Source of the DNA: Candidatus Eiseniibacteriota bacterium
GTDB taxonomy: Bacteria > Eisenbacteria > RBG-16-71-46 > CAIMUX01 > VGJL01
NCBI GenBank assembly: GCA_963792585.1
Contig: CAWBWI010000006.1
Coordinates: forward strand, 128,001-192,000
Length of the DNA stretch: 64,000 bases
Direction: 5' to 3'
Positions within the stretch are counted from its first letter, which is position 1; every line of letters starts with the position of its first letter. The position numbers and the translations under genes were made by a program. Below the pieces are notes generated by a model, which worked only from the letters and a program-made list of their open reading frames with translations, ran no database searches and was not told the DNA's origin. Positions 40,829 to 50,817 of the stretch are shown here, one piece after another.

Positions 40829-41527
40829 CTAGAAGCGGCGAACGCCGACCGGGTCGACGGAGCCGACCAGAACCGATTCCGCCATCCCGACGAACAGGCC
40901 GTTGTCGAGCACGCCCGGAATCTCGTTGATCGCGCGTTCGAGCGACGCCGGATCGTCGATGCGGGCAAACCGCGCATCGACGACGAAGTTACCCTGATCG
41001 GTGATGACGGGACCGTCCTTGCGGATCCCCATGCGGATCTCGGGGACCGCGCCGAGATCGCGGAGCCGGAGAAGGACGGCCGAGACCGCCATCGGGATCA
41101 CCTCAACGGGCACCGGCATCTTCTCCCCGAGACGGGAGACGAGTTTCGTCTCGTCGGCGACCACGACGAATCGGGCCGCGGCGGATGCGATCACCTTCTC
41201 GCGGGTATGCGCCGCGCCACCCCCTTTGATCAGATTCCTCCGTGGATCCACCTCGTCGGCGCCGTCGATGGCCAGATCGATTGATGCGACGTCATCGAGT
41301 GTGGTCAGGGGGATGCCGCCATCGCGGGCGAGGATCGCCGCGGAGAAGGAGGTGGGGATGCCGACGATCGAGAGGCCTTCTTCCCGAATCCTGCGCCCCA
41401 GCTCGGCGATCGCGAAGGCCGCGGTCGACCCGGTCCCGAGTCCTACCACGAAGCCGGACCGAACCAGGCCGGCCGCCTCGATTCCCGCCAACCGCTTCGC
41501 CTCCCGCGCCGAATCTTCGTTCTTCAT
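40829..41527 (-). CDS. rpiA: Ribose-5-phosphate isomerase A
   Basis: [35 protein letters not shown]. Confidence 0.97.
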   Translation of the reverse strand: MKNEDSAREAKRLAGIEAAGLVRSGFVVGLGTGSTAAFAIAELGRRIREEGLSIVGIPTSFSAAILARDGGIPLTTLDDVASIDLAIDGADEVDPRRNLIKGGGAAHTREKVIASAAARFVVVADETKLVSRLGEKMPVPVEVIPMAVSAVLLRLRDLGAVPEIRMGIRKDGPVITDQGNFVVDARFARIDDPASLERAINEIPGVLDNGLFVGMAESVLVGSVDPVGVRRF

Positions 41528-41679
41528 CGCAACGGACGCTAGCAGGCCCCGCAACGCGTCGCAAGCGGCGCGGACCGATCGCGCCCCTGATGATAGCGCC
41601 CTCTACGATCCCATCCGAACGATCGGAGTTGACGGGATCGGTCAATGCGCCGACGCTCCCCCGGAAAAGGAGACCACCC

Positions 41680-43017
41680 ATGAAACCCGTCATCGCCCTC
41701 TGCCTCCTGGTTCTCTGTTCCATGCTCCCGGTCACCCCCACCCTCGCCGCGGACCCCGCCGGGGACGTCGCCGCCGGGGACGTGGATTGGAAGGGTGGAA
41801 CCCTCACATTCCTGGGCCTGATCCGGGACGGCAAAGTGGATGACGCGGCCGCCTACTTCGACGACAACGTCTCCAAGGCGCTCTCTCCCTCGGACCTGGG
41901 GAAGTTCTGGGCGAAGATCCAAGAGCAGGTCGGCGCCTTCAAGACATTCGGAACGCCCCGGGTCACGTTGAAGGAGAAGATGCACGTCGTCGACGTGCCC
42001 ACGAAGTTCGAGTGGCAACCGCTCATGATCCAGGTCGCGTGGAACGAGGAAGGGGCGGTCGCTGGATTCCGGATCCTCCCCGCGCCCGCCGACGCATTCC
42101 CGAGCGACGAGAAGCCCTCTCTCTACCCCGAGGAGAAGGTGACGGTCGGCGTCGACCCGTGGGCGCTTCCGGGCACCCTCACCCTGCCCAAGACGGGAAC
42201 GGCTCCGATTCCGGCGGTGATCCTTGTCCACGGCAGCGGCCCCAATGATCGCGACGAGACCATCGGCGCGAACAAGCCGTTCCGCGAGATCGCCGAGGGT
42301 CTGGCCGCGCAGGGAATCGCGGTGCTGCGTTACGACAAGCGAACGCGCGTCCACGGCGCGAAGATGGTCGGGAGCAAGATAACGGTCGACGAAGAGGTGC
42401 TGCAGGACGTCGCCGCCGCCATCGCATTGCTGAAGACCAAACCCCAGATCGATCCGAAGCGGATCTACGTCGTCGGGCACTCGCTCGGCGCCCTGCTGGC
42501 GCCGCTCATCGCCGCGCAGAGCCCGGACCTCGCCGGGATCGCGATGCTGGCCGGCGCCGCACGGCCGCTCGGCGAGGTTCTGATCGACCAGCTGGGTTAC
42601 ATCCGATCCGTTTCGGCCGACTCGGTCTCGATCGCCGCACTTACCGACATGGAGAACCAGGCGAAGGAGGCCCTGAAGCCGACGGCCCCCGACTCGCTCA
42701 TGATCATGGGAATGTCGGTGGCCTACCTTCGCGACCTCGATCGCCGGGATGTCGTCGGCGCCGCCACGAAACTTACGATGCCGGTGTTCGTCGCCCAGGG
42801 CGGTCGCGACTACCAGGCGACCCCGGAGGATCTCGATCTCTGGAAGAAAGCCCTCGCGGCTAACCCCAAGGCGACCTTCAAGCTCTACCCGGACCTCGAC
42901 CACCTGTTCCACAAGGGGACGGCCAAGGCGCGGCCGGAGGACTACATGAAGCCGGCTCCGGTCGCTCCGGAGCTGATCCAGGACCTGGCGGGATGGATCT
43001 CGGGGGGAACGAAGTAG
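41680..43017 (+). CDS. Exported alpha/beta hydrolase with N-terminal DUF3887-like domain
   Basis: ATG after AAAAGGAG; HGSGPNDRD, RYDKR, GHSLG, GGRDYQ, LDHLF. Confidence 0.9.
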   Translation: MKPVIALCLLVLCSMLPVTPTLAADPAGDVAAGDVDWKGGTLTFLGLIRDGKVDDAAAYFDDNVSKALSPSDLGKFWAKIQEQVGAFKTFGTPRVTLKEKMHVVDVPTKFEWQPLMIQVAWNEEGAVAGFRILPAPADAFPSDEKPSLYPEEKVTVGVDPWALPGTLTLPKTGTAPIPAVILVHGSGPNDRDETIGANKPFREIAEGLAAQGIAVLRYDKRTRVHGAKMVGSKITVDEEVLQDVAAAIALLKTKPQIDPKRIYVVGHSLGALLAPLIAAQSPDLAGIAMLAGAARPLGEVLIDQLGYIRSVSADSVSIAALTDMENQAKEALKPTAPDSLMIMGMSVAYLRDLDRRDVVGAATKLTMPVFVAQGGRDYQATPEDLDLWKKALAANPKATFKLYPDLDHLFHKGTAKARPEDYMKPAPVAPELIQDLAGWISGGTK

Positions 43018-43051
43018 CCGGCCTCCCCCGGCGTTCCCCACGCAACCCTGC

Positions 43052-43080
43052 CCCCCGACCGCGCGTATAGCCCGGTCGCG
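43052..43080 (+). promoter_or_regulatory. Candidate ECF-sigma promoter
   Basis: GCAACC-16 nt-CGTATAG, about 40 nt upstream of ATG 43118. Confidence 0.45.
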
Positions 43081-43117
43081 TCCGGCGTTCGCCGGGCATA
43101 GGGGGAGGGTCCATTCG

Positions 43118-44213
43118 ATGAAGCGCTGGCTCCTAGTCGCAACGGTCATCATCGCCGCAGCCGCGGTCCTTTTCGTCACCCGCCAGAACAAGCTGCGCGC
43201 CGAGCAGACTCCGCAGACGGTCACCATCACGCGCGGGACGATCGTTCAGGAGGCGCTCGCGATCGGCAACATCGTCCCGGAGCAAGAGGTCTCGGTGAAA
43301 TCGAAGATCGCCGGGATCGTGGCCGAAGTCCATGTGGCCGTCGGGGATCGGGTGCGCAAGGGCGAGCCGCTGATGGATATCCGTCCCGACCCGACGCCGC
43401 TCGAGCGGGCCGAGGCGCGGCGGAATCTGGAGATGGCGCAGGTGACCGAGGACGGCGCCCGCCGCGACCTCGAGCGTGCCCAGGAGTTGTTCACCCAGGG
43501 ACTCCTGTCCCAGAAGGAGCTCGACGACCGCAAGAGCGCCTACGACTCGGCCCACCTCCGCGCGCAACTCGAACAGGAGCGGCTCGACCTGCTCAAGGAA
43601 GGGCGCGCGCGCATCGAGAACCGCGAGGTCAGCAACCGGATCGTCTCTCCCGTCGACGGAACGGTCCTCACGCTCGAACTCCATCCCGGCGACCCGGTCG
43701 TGCCGCTCACCTCCTACCAGGCCGGGACCGTGCTGATGACGATGGCCGACATGAGCGACCTGATCTTCCGCGGCACGGTGGACGAGGTCGACGTGGGGCA
43801 AGCCTCGAGGTCGGACAGCCGGTCCGATTCACGGTCGGCGCGATCCCCGACGCGAAGGTCGAGGGAACGCTGCGGCGGATCTCGCCGAAGGCGCGCAAGC
43901 AGGATTCGGCGACGCTCTTCGACGTCGAGGCGACGATCGCCGCCGGCCGGTTCGACCGTGCTTCGGGCCGGCTACTCGACGAACGCCAAGATCGCGATCG
44001 CGCGCGCCGACAGCGTCCTCGTGCTCCCCGAGCGGGTCGTGAAGTACGAGGCGGGCAAGGCCAGCGTGCGTGCGCCCGGCAAGGACGGCAAGCCGGAGAC
44101 GCGCGAGATCGACGACCGGGCTCTCCGACGGTCTCATGGTCGAGATCAAGAGCGGGCTCGACGAGGGAGCGGTCGTCCTCGAACCGCCACGCAGCACCCT
44201 CGCGAAGAAGTAG
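43118..44213 (+). CDS. MacA-like periplasmic adaptor (MFP), apparent frameshifts in 3' part
   Basis: VKSKIAGIV..V.VGD.V.KG, IVSPVDGTV, VDEVDVG; homology continues in other frames to TAG 44211-44213. Confidence 0.88.
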
Positions 44214-44217
44214 CGTC

Positions 44218-45453
44218 ATGCAACTGCGCATCGTTCTCGTTCAGTTCTGGCGTGACCTGAAAGCTCAGCGACTGCGCACCGCCCTGACTCTGTTCGGTCT
44301 CGCGTGGGGGACCTTCTGCGTGGTCGTGCTCCTCTCCTTCGGAGAAGGGCTTTCCCGAAAGCAGATGAACACCATGCAGGGATTGGGCACGCGCATCATC
44401 CTGCTCTGGGGTTCCCGCACCTCGGTCGCCCACGAGGGACTTCCCCGCGGGCGGTACATCCGTCTCGAAGACGCCGACGCCGACCGCATCGCGCGTGAGG
44501 TTCCCGGCGTGACGCAGGCAAGCCCCGAGTACTCGCGCGGCGTGATGCTCACCGGCCCCGGCGGACAGGCGGCCGCCAATCTCTCGGCGGTGCGGCCCGG
44601 CTTCGGAGCCATGCGCCGGATCGAGCCCGAGCCGGGCGGGCGATTCCTGAACGAGCGCGACGAGACGGAGCGCCGGCGCGTCTGCGTCCTCGGCTCGCGC
44701 GTCCGCAAGGAGGCGTTCGGCGATCGTGCCCGCGATCGGTCAGAACCTCGAGATCTCGGGGATCCCGTTCACCGTGATCGGCACCCTGCCCGAGAAGGAA
44801 CAGGACAGCAACTACAACGGTCCGGACGACGGACAAGGTCTTCATTCCAGCGGCCGTCGCCGTCGCGTCCTTCGGCGATCGCTATCCGGACAACCTCGTG
44901 GTCGAAGTCGCCGAGGGGGTCAAGAGCGCCGACGTCGTCACGGGGATCTACGAGGCGCTCGGTCGCGCCCACCATTTCGATCCAACCGACAAGGAGGCGC
45001 TGCTCGACCTGGGACGTCGGCGAAATGATCGCGATGATCTCGACGGTCTTCATCGGCTTCCGCGTTTTCTTGGGACTGATCGGCGTTCTGACCCTGGCGG
45101 TCGCCGGAATCGGCGTCGCGAACATGATGAGCATGGTCGTCGAGGACCGCACCTCCCAGATCGGGATCTCGATGGCGCTCGGCGCCCGTCACAGCTGGGT
45201 CCTGGGGCAGGTCCTGCTGGAGACGCTGCTCGTCACCGCCGCGGGAGGCCTGATCGGCGTCACATTGGCGGGCGCGATCGTCGTCGGCTGCCAGTTCCTC
45301 CCTCTGGAAAACAGCATCGGCGACCCGGTCTTCTCCGGCCAGATCGCCGCCTTGACCGCGGGAATCCTCGGGTTGATCGGCATCGCCGCCGGCGTGGGGC
45401 CCGCGCGCCGCGCCGCCTATCTGAATCCGGCCGAAGCGTTGAGGAGTCGCTGA
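44218..45453 (+). CDS. MacB/FtsX-like ABC permease with compensating frameshifts at about 44725-45010
   Basis: RTALTLFGLAWG, GRFLNERD, GIGVANMM..V.DRT.QIG..MALGA, PARRAA.LNP.EALR. Confidence 0.88.
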   Translation: MQLRIVLVQFWRDLKAQRLRTALTLFGLAWGTFCVVVLLSFGEGLSRKQMNTMQGLGTRIILLWGSRTSVAHEGLPRGRYIRLEDADADRIAREVPGVTQASPEYSRGVMLTGPGGQAAANLSAVRPGFGAMRRIEPEPGGRFLNERDETERRRVCVLGSRVRKEAFGDRARDRSEPRDLGDPVHRDRHPAREGTGQQLQRSGRRTRSSFQRPSPSRPSAIAIRTTSWSKSPRGSRAPTSSRGSTRRSVAPTISIQPTRRRCSTWDVGEMIAMISTVFIGFRVFLGLIGVLTLAVAGIGVANMMSMVVEDRTSQIGISMALGARHSWVLGQVLLETLLVTAAGGLIGVTLAGAIVVGCQFLPLENSIGDPVFSGQIAALTAGILGLIGIAAGVGPARRAAYLNPAEALRSR

Positions 45454-45455
45454 CG

Positions 45456-46711
45456 ATGACATCGTGGATTCAGGGTCTCGGCTACATGCTCCGGTTCGTG
45501 GGCCGGCGCAAGGGTCGCTCGGCGCTGATCCTGCTCTCGGTCGCCTGGGGCACCCTCTCGATGATGCTGCTCTTGGGCTTCGGGGAGGGTCTGAAGCTCC
45601 AGATGCAGAAGGGAAGCATGGGGCTCGGGACGAGCCCGCTCATCATGTGGCCGGGTTCGACGACCCGCGCCTGGGAGGGAATGAAGCCGGGGCGTCCGAT
45701 CCGTTTCGTGGAGGAGGATCTCGTCGCCCTCTCCCGGGCGGTGCCGGAAATCGACCAGATCGCGGCCGAGAATGTTCAGTGGTCGGTCGATCTGCGCTGG
45801 GGCGCGCACTCCGTCTCCACCCGCGTCACCGGGGTCATGCCCTGCTACGAGACGGTTCGCTCCCACCATCCGCAGCCGGGCGGACGTTTCCTCAACAACG
45901 TCGACCAGGCGAGCTCGCGCAGGGTGATCTTCATCGGTCCGGCGCTCAAAGAACGCCTCTTCGGCGCATCCGAGTGCATCGGCCAGACGGTGTTCTTGAG
46001 CGGCGTGCCGATGACCGTCGTCGGTGTGATGGTCGACAAGCAGCAGATGGGGATGTACGGCGGCCCCGACGTCGAGAAGGCGTCGATCCCCCTGTCGACC
46101 TTCGAAGCGCTCTATCGGCAAGAAGCCGTACAACAATGTCCTGTACACCCTCAAGGCCGGTTCGAACCCGGAAGCGGTCGAGAAGTCCGTACGCGAGGCG
46201 CTCGGGCGCCGCTTCCGCTTCGATCCGGAGGACGAGAGCGCGGTCCACATCTGGAACGCCGCGAAGAACAACGTCGAGGGCAGAGAAGATCTTCAAGGGG
46301 ATCCAGGCGTTCCTGGGCGTGGTCGGCGCGATGACGCTCCTCGTGGCGGGCGTCGGGCCTCGCGAACATGCTCTTCGTCATGGTCCACCGGCGCACGCGC
46401 GAGATCGGCATGCAGATGGCGATCGGAGCGCAGCGCTCGATCGTGACGGCCCAGATCGTCGGCGAATCGCTGCTTGCTCGCGGGGATCGGCGGCTACCTC
46501 GGAATCGGATTCGCCTGGCTGATCGTGGAGGTCCTGCAACGGATTCCGGTCAAGAGCGAGGGGCTCCAGTTCCTGGGCAAGCCGACCCTATCGATCCCGC
46601 TCGGCATCGTCACCGTGCTGATCCTGGTCGGGATCGGCTGTCTGGCCGGCTGCGCTCCCCGCGCGACGCGCGTCGCGCCTGGATCCGGTGGAGGCACTGC
46701 GCCATGAGTGA
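45456..46711 (+). CDS. Second MacB/FtsX-like ABC permease, several apparent frameshifts
   Basis: RSALILLSVAWG, GGRFLN..D, RRTREIG.QMAIGA, DPVEALRHE-TGA stitched across frames. Confidence 0.85.
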
Positions 46712-47438
46712 GAACCGGTCCCGCCGTGCATCCTCGATGCAGCAGGTCTCGAAGACCTATCACTCCGGCGCGATCTCGTTCGAGGCGCTGCGCGAGATCG
46801 ATCTCACGATCCGCTCCCACGAGATGGTCGCCGTCATCGGCGCTTCCGGTTCCGGCAAGTCGACCCTGATGAACCTGATGGGTTGTCTCGACACGCCCAG
46901 TCGCGGAATCTACGAATTCGGAGGACGCGACGTCTCCCGGCTGAAGCCGGCGGAGATGGCCGATCTGCGGAATCGCTCCATCGGCTTCGTTTTCCAGTCG
47001 TTCCACCTGCTTCCCTACGCGACGGCGCTCGAGAACGTCGAGATGCCGCTTCTCTTCGCCGGCGTCCTGGCGCGCGCCCGCCGCGAGCGCGCCCTCGAGA
47101 TGCTGGACCGTGTCGGTCTGGCCGAGCGCGCTCACCACCTCCCCACGCAGCTATCCGGCGGTGAAATGCAGCGCGTCGCGGTAGCCCGGTCGATGGCGAA
47201 CAATCCGAAGGTGATCCTCGCCGACGAACCGACCGGAAACCTCGACAGCAGGACCGGCCGCGGCATCCTCGATCTCTTCGTCAAGCTCTGGAACGACGGC
47301 GGAACGATCGTCCTGATCACCCACGATCTGAGCCTCGCCCGGTCATGCTCCCGGATCCTGAAGATCCAGGACGGCCGGATCGTCCACGACGGGACGGACA
47401 TCCCTCTGGACGAGGAGGTCGGCGCGGTCGTTCCGTAA
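46704..47438 (+). CDS. ABC ATP-binding protein (MacB/LolD-like)
   Basis: GASGSGKST, GFVFQSF, LSGGEMQRV, ILADEPTGNLD, ITHD. Confidence 0.95.
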   Translation: MSENRSRRASSMQQVSKTYHSGAISFEALREIDLTIRSHEMVAVIGASGSGKSTLMNLMGCLDTPSRGIYEFGGRDVSRLKPAEMADLRNRSIGFVFQSFHLLPYATALENVEMPLLFAGVLARARRERALEMLDRVGLAERAHHLPTQLSGGEMQRVAVARSMANNPKVILADEPTGNLDSRTGRGILDLFVKLWNDGGTIVLITHDLSLARSCSRILKIQDGRIVHDGTDIPLDEEVGAVVP

Positions 47439-47528
47439 CGCGATCCGCACGGTCGATCCGTAACGAGATCCGCGCAGTCGCTCCGTTGCGCGATCCGCGC
47501 GCTCGCTCCGTAGCCCGATCCTCGAACG
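47429..47528. repeat. 25-bp degenerate tandem repeat x4 beginning in the last codons of the ATPase gene
   Basis: cgttccgtaacgcgatccgcacggt / cgatccgtaacgagatccgcgcagt / cgctccgttgcgcgatccgcgcgct / cgctccgtagcccgatcctcgaacg. Confidence 0.8.
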
Positions 47529-47633
47529 CCCGCACTCCGGCCGGCCGTCGGCATGCCGACCCGCCGCGGACGTCGCCTCTTTTGCTCCCGAGGAGGCCGA
47601 ATGCTGGTAGGATGGCGGGCGCGGAGGGATCTC

Positions 47634-48437
47634 ATGAACACGAACCGAGCGCTCCTGCTCCGGCGTCCGCTGATCGTCGTCGATACCGAGACGACGGGCG
47701 CGCGCCCCCACATCGACCGGATCGTCGAGATCGCCCTGGTGACCCTTCACCCCGACGGGCGCAGGGAGACGTGGGTACAACGGGTGAATCCGGAAACCCG
47801 CATCCCTGTGGAGGCGACGGCCGTCCACGGGATCCGCAACGAGGACGTCGAGCTCTGCCCCACCTTCCGCAAGATCGCGGGGGAACTCGTGCAGAGAATC
47901 GGCGAGGCCGATCTCTGCGGCTTCAACATCCACGGCTTCGATCTGAGGATCATGCAGGCCGAGTTCGCGCGCTGCGGTGAGATCTTTTCGATGGACAACC
48001 GGCAGATCGTCGACGCCCAGGTGATCTTCCACAAACACGAGCCCCGCGACCTCTCCGCCGCCGTCCGCTTCTACCTCGATCGGGACCACGCCGGCGCGCA
48101 CGGCGCCGCGCCCGATGCGGAAGCGACGCTGGACGTCCTCCTCGCGCAGCTCGCCCGCTACGGCGACCTCGAGCCGAACGTGGCCGCGCTCGCCGCCGCC
48201 TCGCGGCGCAAGGACGACCGCTACGCGGATCCGGACCGCAAACTCGAATGGCGGGACGGAGAGGCTTGTTTCACCTTCGGAAAGCATGCGGGACGAACCC
48301 TGCGCGACGTGGTCAGCTCGGATCCCGACTACATCGATTGGGTCATGAAGAAGGACTTCCCCGAGCCGCTCCGGGAGATCCTGCGCAACGCCCTCGAGGG
48401 CCGGTTCCCCACGCCGAACATCGAGAGCTCGGACTGA
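47634..48437 (+). CDS. DEDDh 3'-5' exonuclease (DnaQ-like) with C-terminal FGKH domain
   Basis: VDTETTG, GFNIHGFD, HGAAPDA, FTFGKHAG..DPDYIDW. Confidence 0.92.
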   Translation: MNTNRALLLRRPLIVVDTETTGARPHIDRIVEIALVTLHPDGRRETWVQRVNPETRIPVEATAVHGIRNEDVELCPTFRKIAGELVQRIGEADLCGFNIHGFDLRIMQAEFARCGEIFSMDNRQIVDAQVIFHKHEPRDLSAAVRFYLDRDHAGAHGAAPDAEATLDVLLAQLARYGDLEPNVAALAAASRRKDDRYADPDRKLEWRDGEACFTFGKHAGRTLRDVVSSDPDYIDWVMKKDFPEPLREILRNALEGRFPTPNIESSD

Positions 48438-48461
48438 GACGCCCCACGCGCGGCGGAGCTT

Positions 48462-49010
48462 CTAGATCTTCCGCGCGACGAAGAGGTTGTTGAACCCGAA
48501 GTCGAACCGCTCGTGCCGCTCCACCTTGAAGCCGTGGCGTTCGAGGAGCCGGCGCATCTCGGCGTTCGAGATCCCCCAGACCTCGCCTTCGTGAAGATGA
48601 CGCCCGTGCTGGTCCGGGTCCCAGGGTCGGATGATCCGGTGCCAGAAGGCGCTCAGGCCGGGGGGGAGCATGGTGACAATCACCAGGCCATCGGGGGCGA
48701 GGACGCGATACACCTCGTCAAGCACGGCCTCTCGATTCGGAATGTGGTTCAGACACGCCACGAACGTCGCGGAGTCGAAGGCACCGATCTCGAACGGAAG
48801 GTGGCTTGCGTCCTCGATGACGAGATCTACATTGCCCCACTGAATGATGTCGACGCCAACCCCGTTGCCATGCTTTCGAACGAGCCGATTCTCGCCGCAA
48901 CCGAAGTCGATCACGCGCCCCCGGACACACTTGAGCGCAGCCTCGAGCCGCTTATCGGCAAGCCAAGCGACGACACGATCCCCCAAAGAAAACCATTTCG
49001 CATCACTCAC
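48462..49010 (-). CDS. Class I SAM-dependent methyltransferase
   Basis: VIDFGCGE, DASHLPF...FD, LNHIP, RVLAPDG; GTGA overlap with the tenA stop. Confidence 0.88.
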   Translation of the reverse strand: MSDAKWFSLGDRVVAWLADKRLEAALKCVRGRVIDFGCGENRLVRKHGNGVGVDIIQWGNVDLVIEDASHLPFEIGAFDSATFVACLNHIPNREAVLDEVYRVLAPDGLVIVTMLPPGLSAFWHRIIRPWDPDQHGRHLHEGEVWGISNAEMRRLLERHGFKVERHERFDFGFNNLFVARKI

Positions 49011-49690
49011 GTGCTCACTCCTTGGAGAGGCCACGCCTCCATCCGATAGGACATCTCCCAGAACATCCACTCGTAGCGGAAGCTCGTCATGTAATGGTCG
49101 CCGCAGCGTTCCCTCTCCTCGGGGCCGGCGAGCGCCTCGAGTCGATCGAAGGCCCGCTCCGCGCCTCGCACGATCTCCTGGAACGGTTCGGAGGCGTAGG
49201 CCTCGATCCACCGGATGTAGAGGGGCGCATCGGTCGGCGGCTTGACCGCCAGACGCGCGCCGAGTTCCGCGTATGTCGTCATGCAGGGAGCAAGCGCGGC
49301 CATGATCTCCGCCTCGGTGCCCAGCGCGCCCACGCTCAGGAGATGCCGCGTGTACGCGAAGGTGGTCGGAGCGAGGCGGGTTGATTCCAGTTGCGCTTCG
49401 GTGATTCCGAAATCGGCGCAATAGCCCCGGTGGAGCGCCATCTCCGTCTGCAGCGTGCCGTGCGCAAGCTCGGCGAAGAATGCCATCTCCCGCAACCGCC
49501 CCCCCTTCGAAACCGCCAGGGCGAGGACGCGCGCGAACTCCTTCAGGTAGGGGTAGTCCTGCATCAGGAAGAAGCGGAAACGTTCACGCTCGAGCGTTCC
49601 CCGGCCGAGCTCCACGATGAAAGGGTGCGCGACGATCTCTTGCCAGATGGGATCGGCGGCCGCGCGCAGTCTCCGGGACCAAGGCATCAC
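49007..49690 (-). CDS. tenA: Thiaminase II (TenA, Cys-type)
   Basis: HPF...GTL, QDYPYL, AYT, LAPCMTTY, WIEAY, EWMFWEM. Confidence 0.92.
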   Translation of the reverse strand: MMPWSRRLRAAADPIWQEIVAHPFIVELGRGTLERERFRFFLMQDYPYLKEFARVLALAVSKGGRLREMAFFAELAHGTLQTEMALHRGYCADFGITEAQLESTRLAPTTFAYTRHLLSVGALGTEAEIMAALAPCMTTYAELGARLAVKPPTDAPLYIRWIEAYASEPFQEIVRGAERAFDRLEALAGPEERERCGDHYMTSFRYEWMFWEMSYRMEAWPLQGVST

Positions 49691-49699
49691 GTCGCGCCC

Positions 49700-50494
49700 C
49701 TACCCGAAGATCCCGCGTACGCTGCCGCCGTCGACGGAGAGGGATGCGCCGTTGACGAATGCGGCCTCCTCGGAGGCGAGGAACGCGATCGCCCGACCCA
49801 GTTCGATCGGCTGACCGAACCGGCCCGTGGGGACCCCCTCGACGTAGCGCCGTCGCGCCTCGGCGACGTCCGTGCCCGCCTTCTTCGCCCGGGACTCCAT
49901 CAACTCATCGATCCGCGCCGTCTCGTAGGGCCCCGGACAAACGGAGTTGACCGTGATGCCGTGCCGGCCGACCTCGCCGGCGAGGGTCTTCGCGAGTCCG
50001 ATCACTCCGGGTCGAAGGACGTTGCTCAACAGCAACCCGTCGACCGGCTGCTTGACGGATGTCGAGGTGATGAAGACGATCCGCCCCGATCGGCGCTCGA
50101 TCATGCCCGGCAGCGCGGCGCGGCAGAGCCGGACCGCGCTCATGAGCGTCATCTGGTATGCCGCTTCCCAGTCCGCTTCGGCAAGCTCGAGGAGGGAACC
50201 CGGCTTGGGTCCCCCCGCGTTGGCGACGAGAATCGCGAGCGGGCCGATCGCGCGCTCCGCCTCGCGGACGAGCCGCTCCGGCTCTCCCGGAACGGCGACG
50301 TCTCCCGTGAGACCGACCACGCGACCGCGGCCGAGCGCAGAAAGCGTCTTCACCGCGTTCTCCAGACGCTGAGGGTCGCGAGCGGCCAGGACGGCGTTCG
50401 CGCCCTCTTCGACCAGGGCCCGCGCGGCGCCGAATCCAAGCCCGGCACTCGCGCCCGTCACCAATGCGTTCTTGTTCTCAAGACCCAGGTTCAT
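49700..50494 (-). CDS. SDR family oxidoreductase
   Basis: TGASAGLG, ANAGGP, SNVLR in place of YxxxK, VNSVCPG, VDGG. Confidence 0.93.
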   Translation of the reverse strand: MNLGLENKNALVTGASAGLGFGAARALVEEGANAVLAARDPQRLENAVKTLSALGRGRVVGLTGDVAVPGEPERLVREAERAIGPLAILVANAGGPKPGSLLELAEADWEAAYQMTLMSAVRLCRAALPGMIERRSGRIVFITSTSVKQPVDGLLLSNVLRPGVIGLAKTLAGEVGRHGITVNSVCPGPYETARIDELMESRAKKAGTDVAEARRRYVEGVPTGRFGQPIELGRAIAFLASEEAAFVNGASLSVDGGSVRGIFG

Positions 50495-50817
50495 AGAGTT
50501 CTCCCAACGTCGATCGAGACAGCAATCTATTGACTGTACACCGTACTGCGCAGCCCGCAAATCGCGGAGGGGGCAGGGACCTCTAACCCTCGGGCCAGTT
50601 CACGGGAATCGAGGTCAGTCTGACAGGATGCGCTTCGACCACATCCAGCGCGGAGGGAGGTGCCTCGGGCGGTCCGGGGTGCACTTGTGGACGGGCCTTC
50701 AGGGGCGTAACATGTTAGCGGTTCGTTGATATGCCCTTCTGCTAACGGGACGCGACCAAATGAGCGCCGAACCTGACGAAACTGGGCAGTCAACAATGAC
50801 CCAAAGGAGGAACCGTC

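Noticed and set aside
43790..46740. Programmed ribosomal frameshifting or pseudogenes in the ABC and gap genes
   Set aside because: Too many indels per gene, no slippery heptamers and no nonsense codons; sequencing error is more parsimonious.
47429..47528. Short arrays (also 6288-6367 and 63931-63981) as CRISPR
   Set aside because: No unique spacers of 25-45 nt, the units are degenerate and contiguous, and no cas genes are present.
50495..50817. c-di-GMP or TPP riboswitch, or tRNA/att site, at the islet border
   Set aside because: Only a GCAAA fragment is present; no GNRA/receptor stems, no CTGAGA motif, no cloverleaf and no matching direct repeat at about 55.7 kb.
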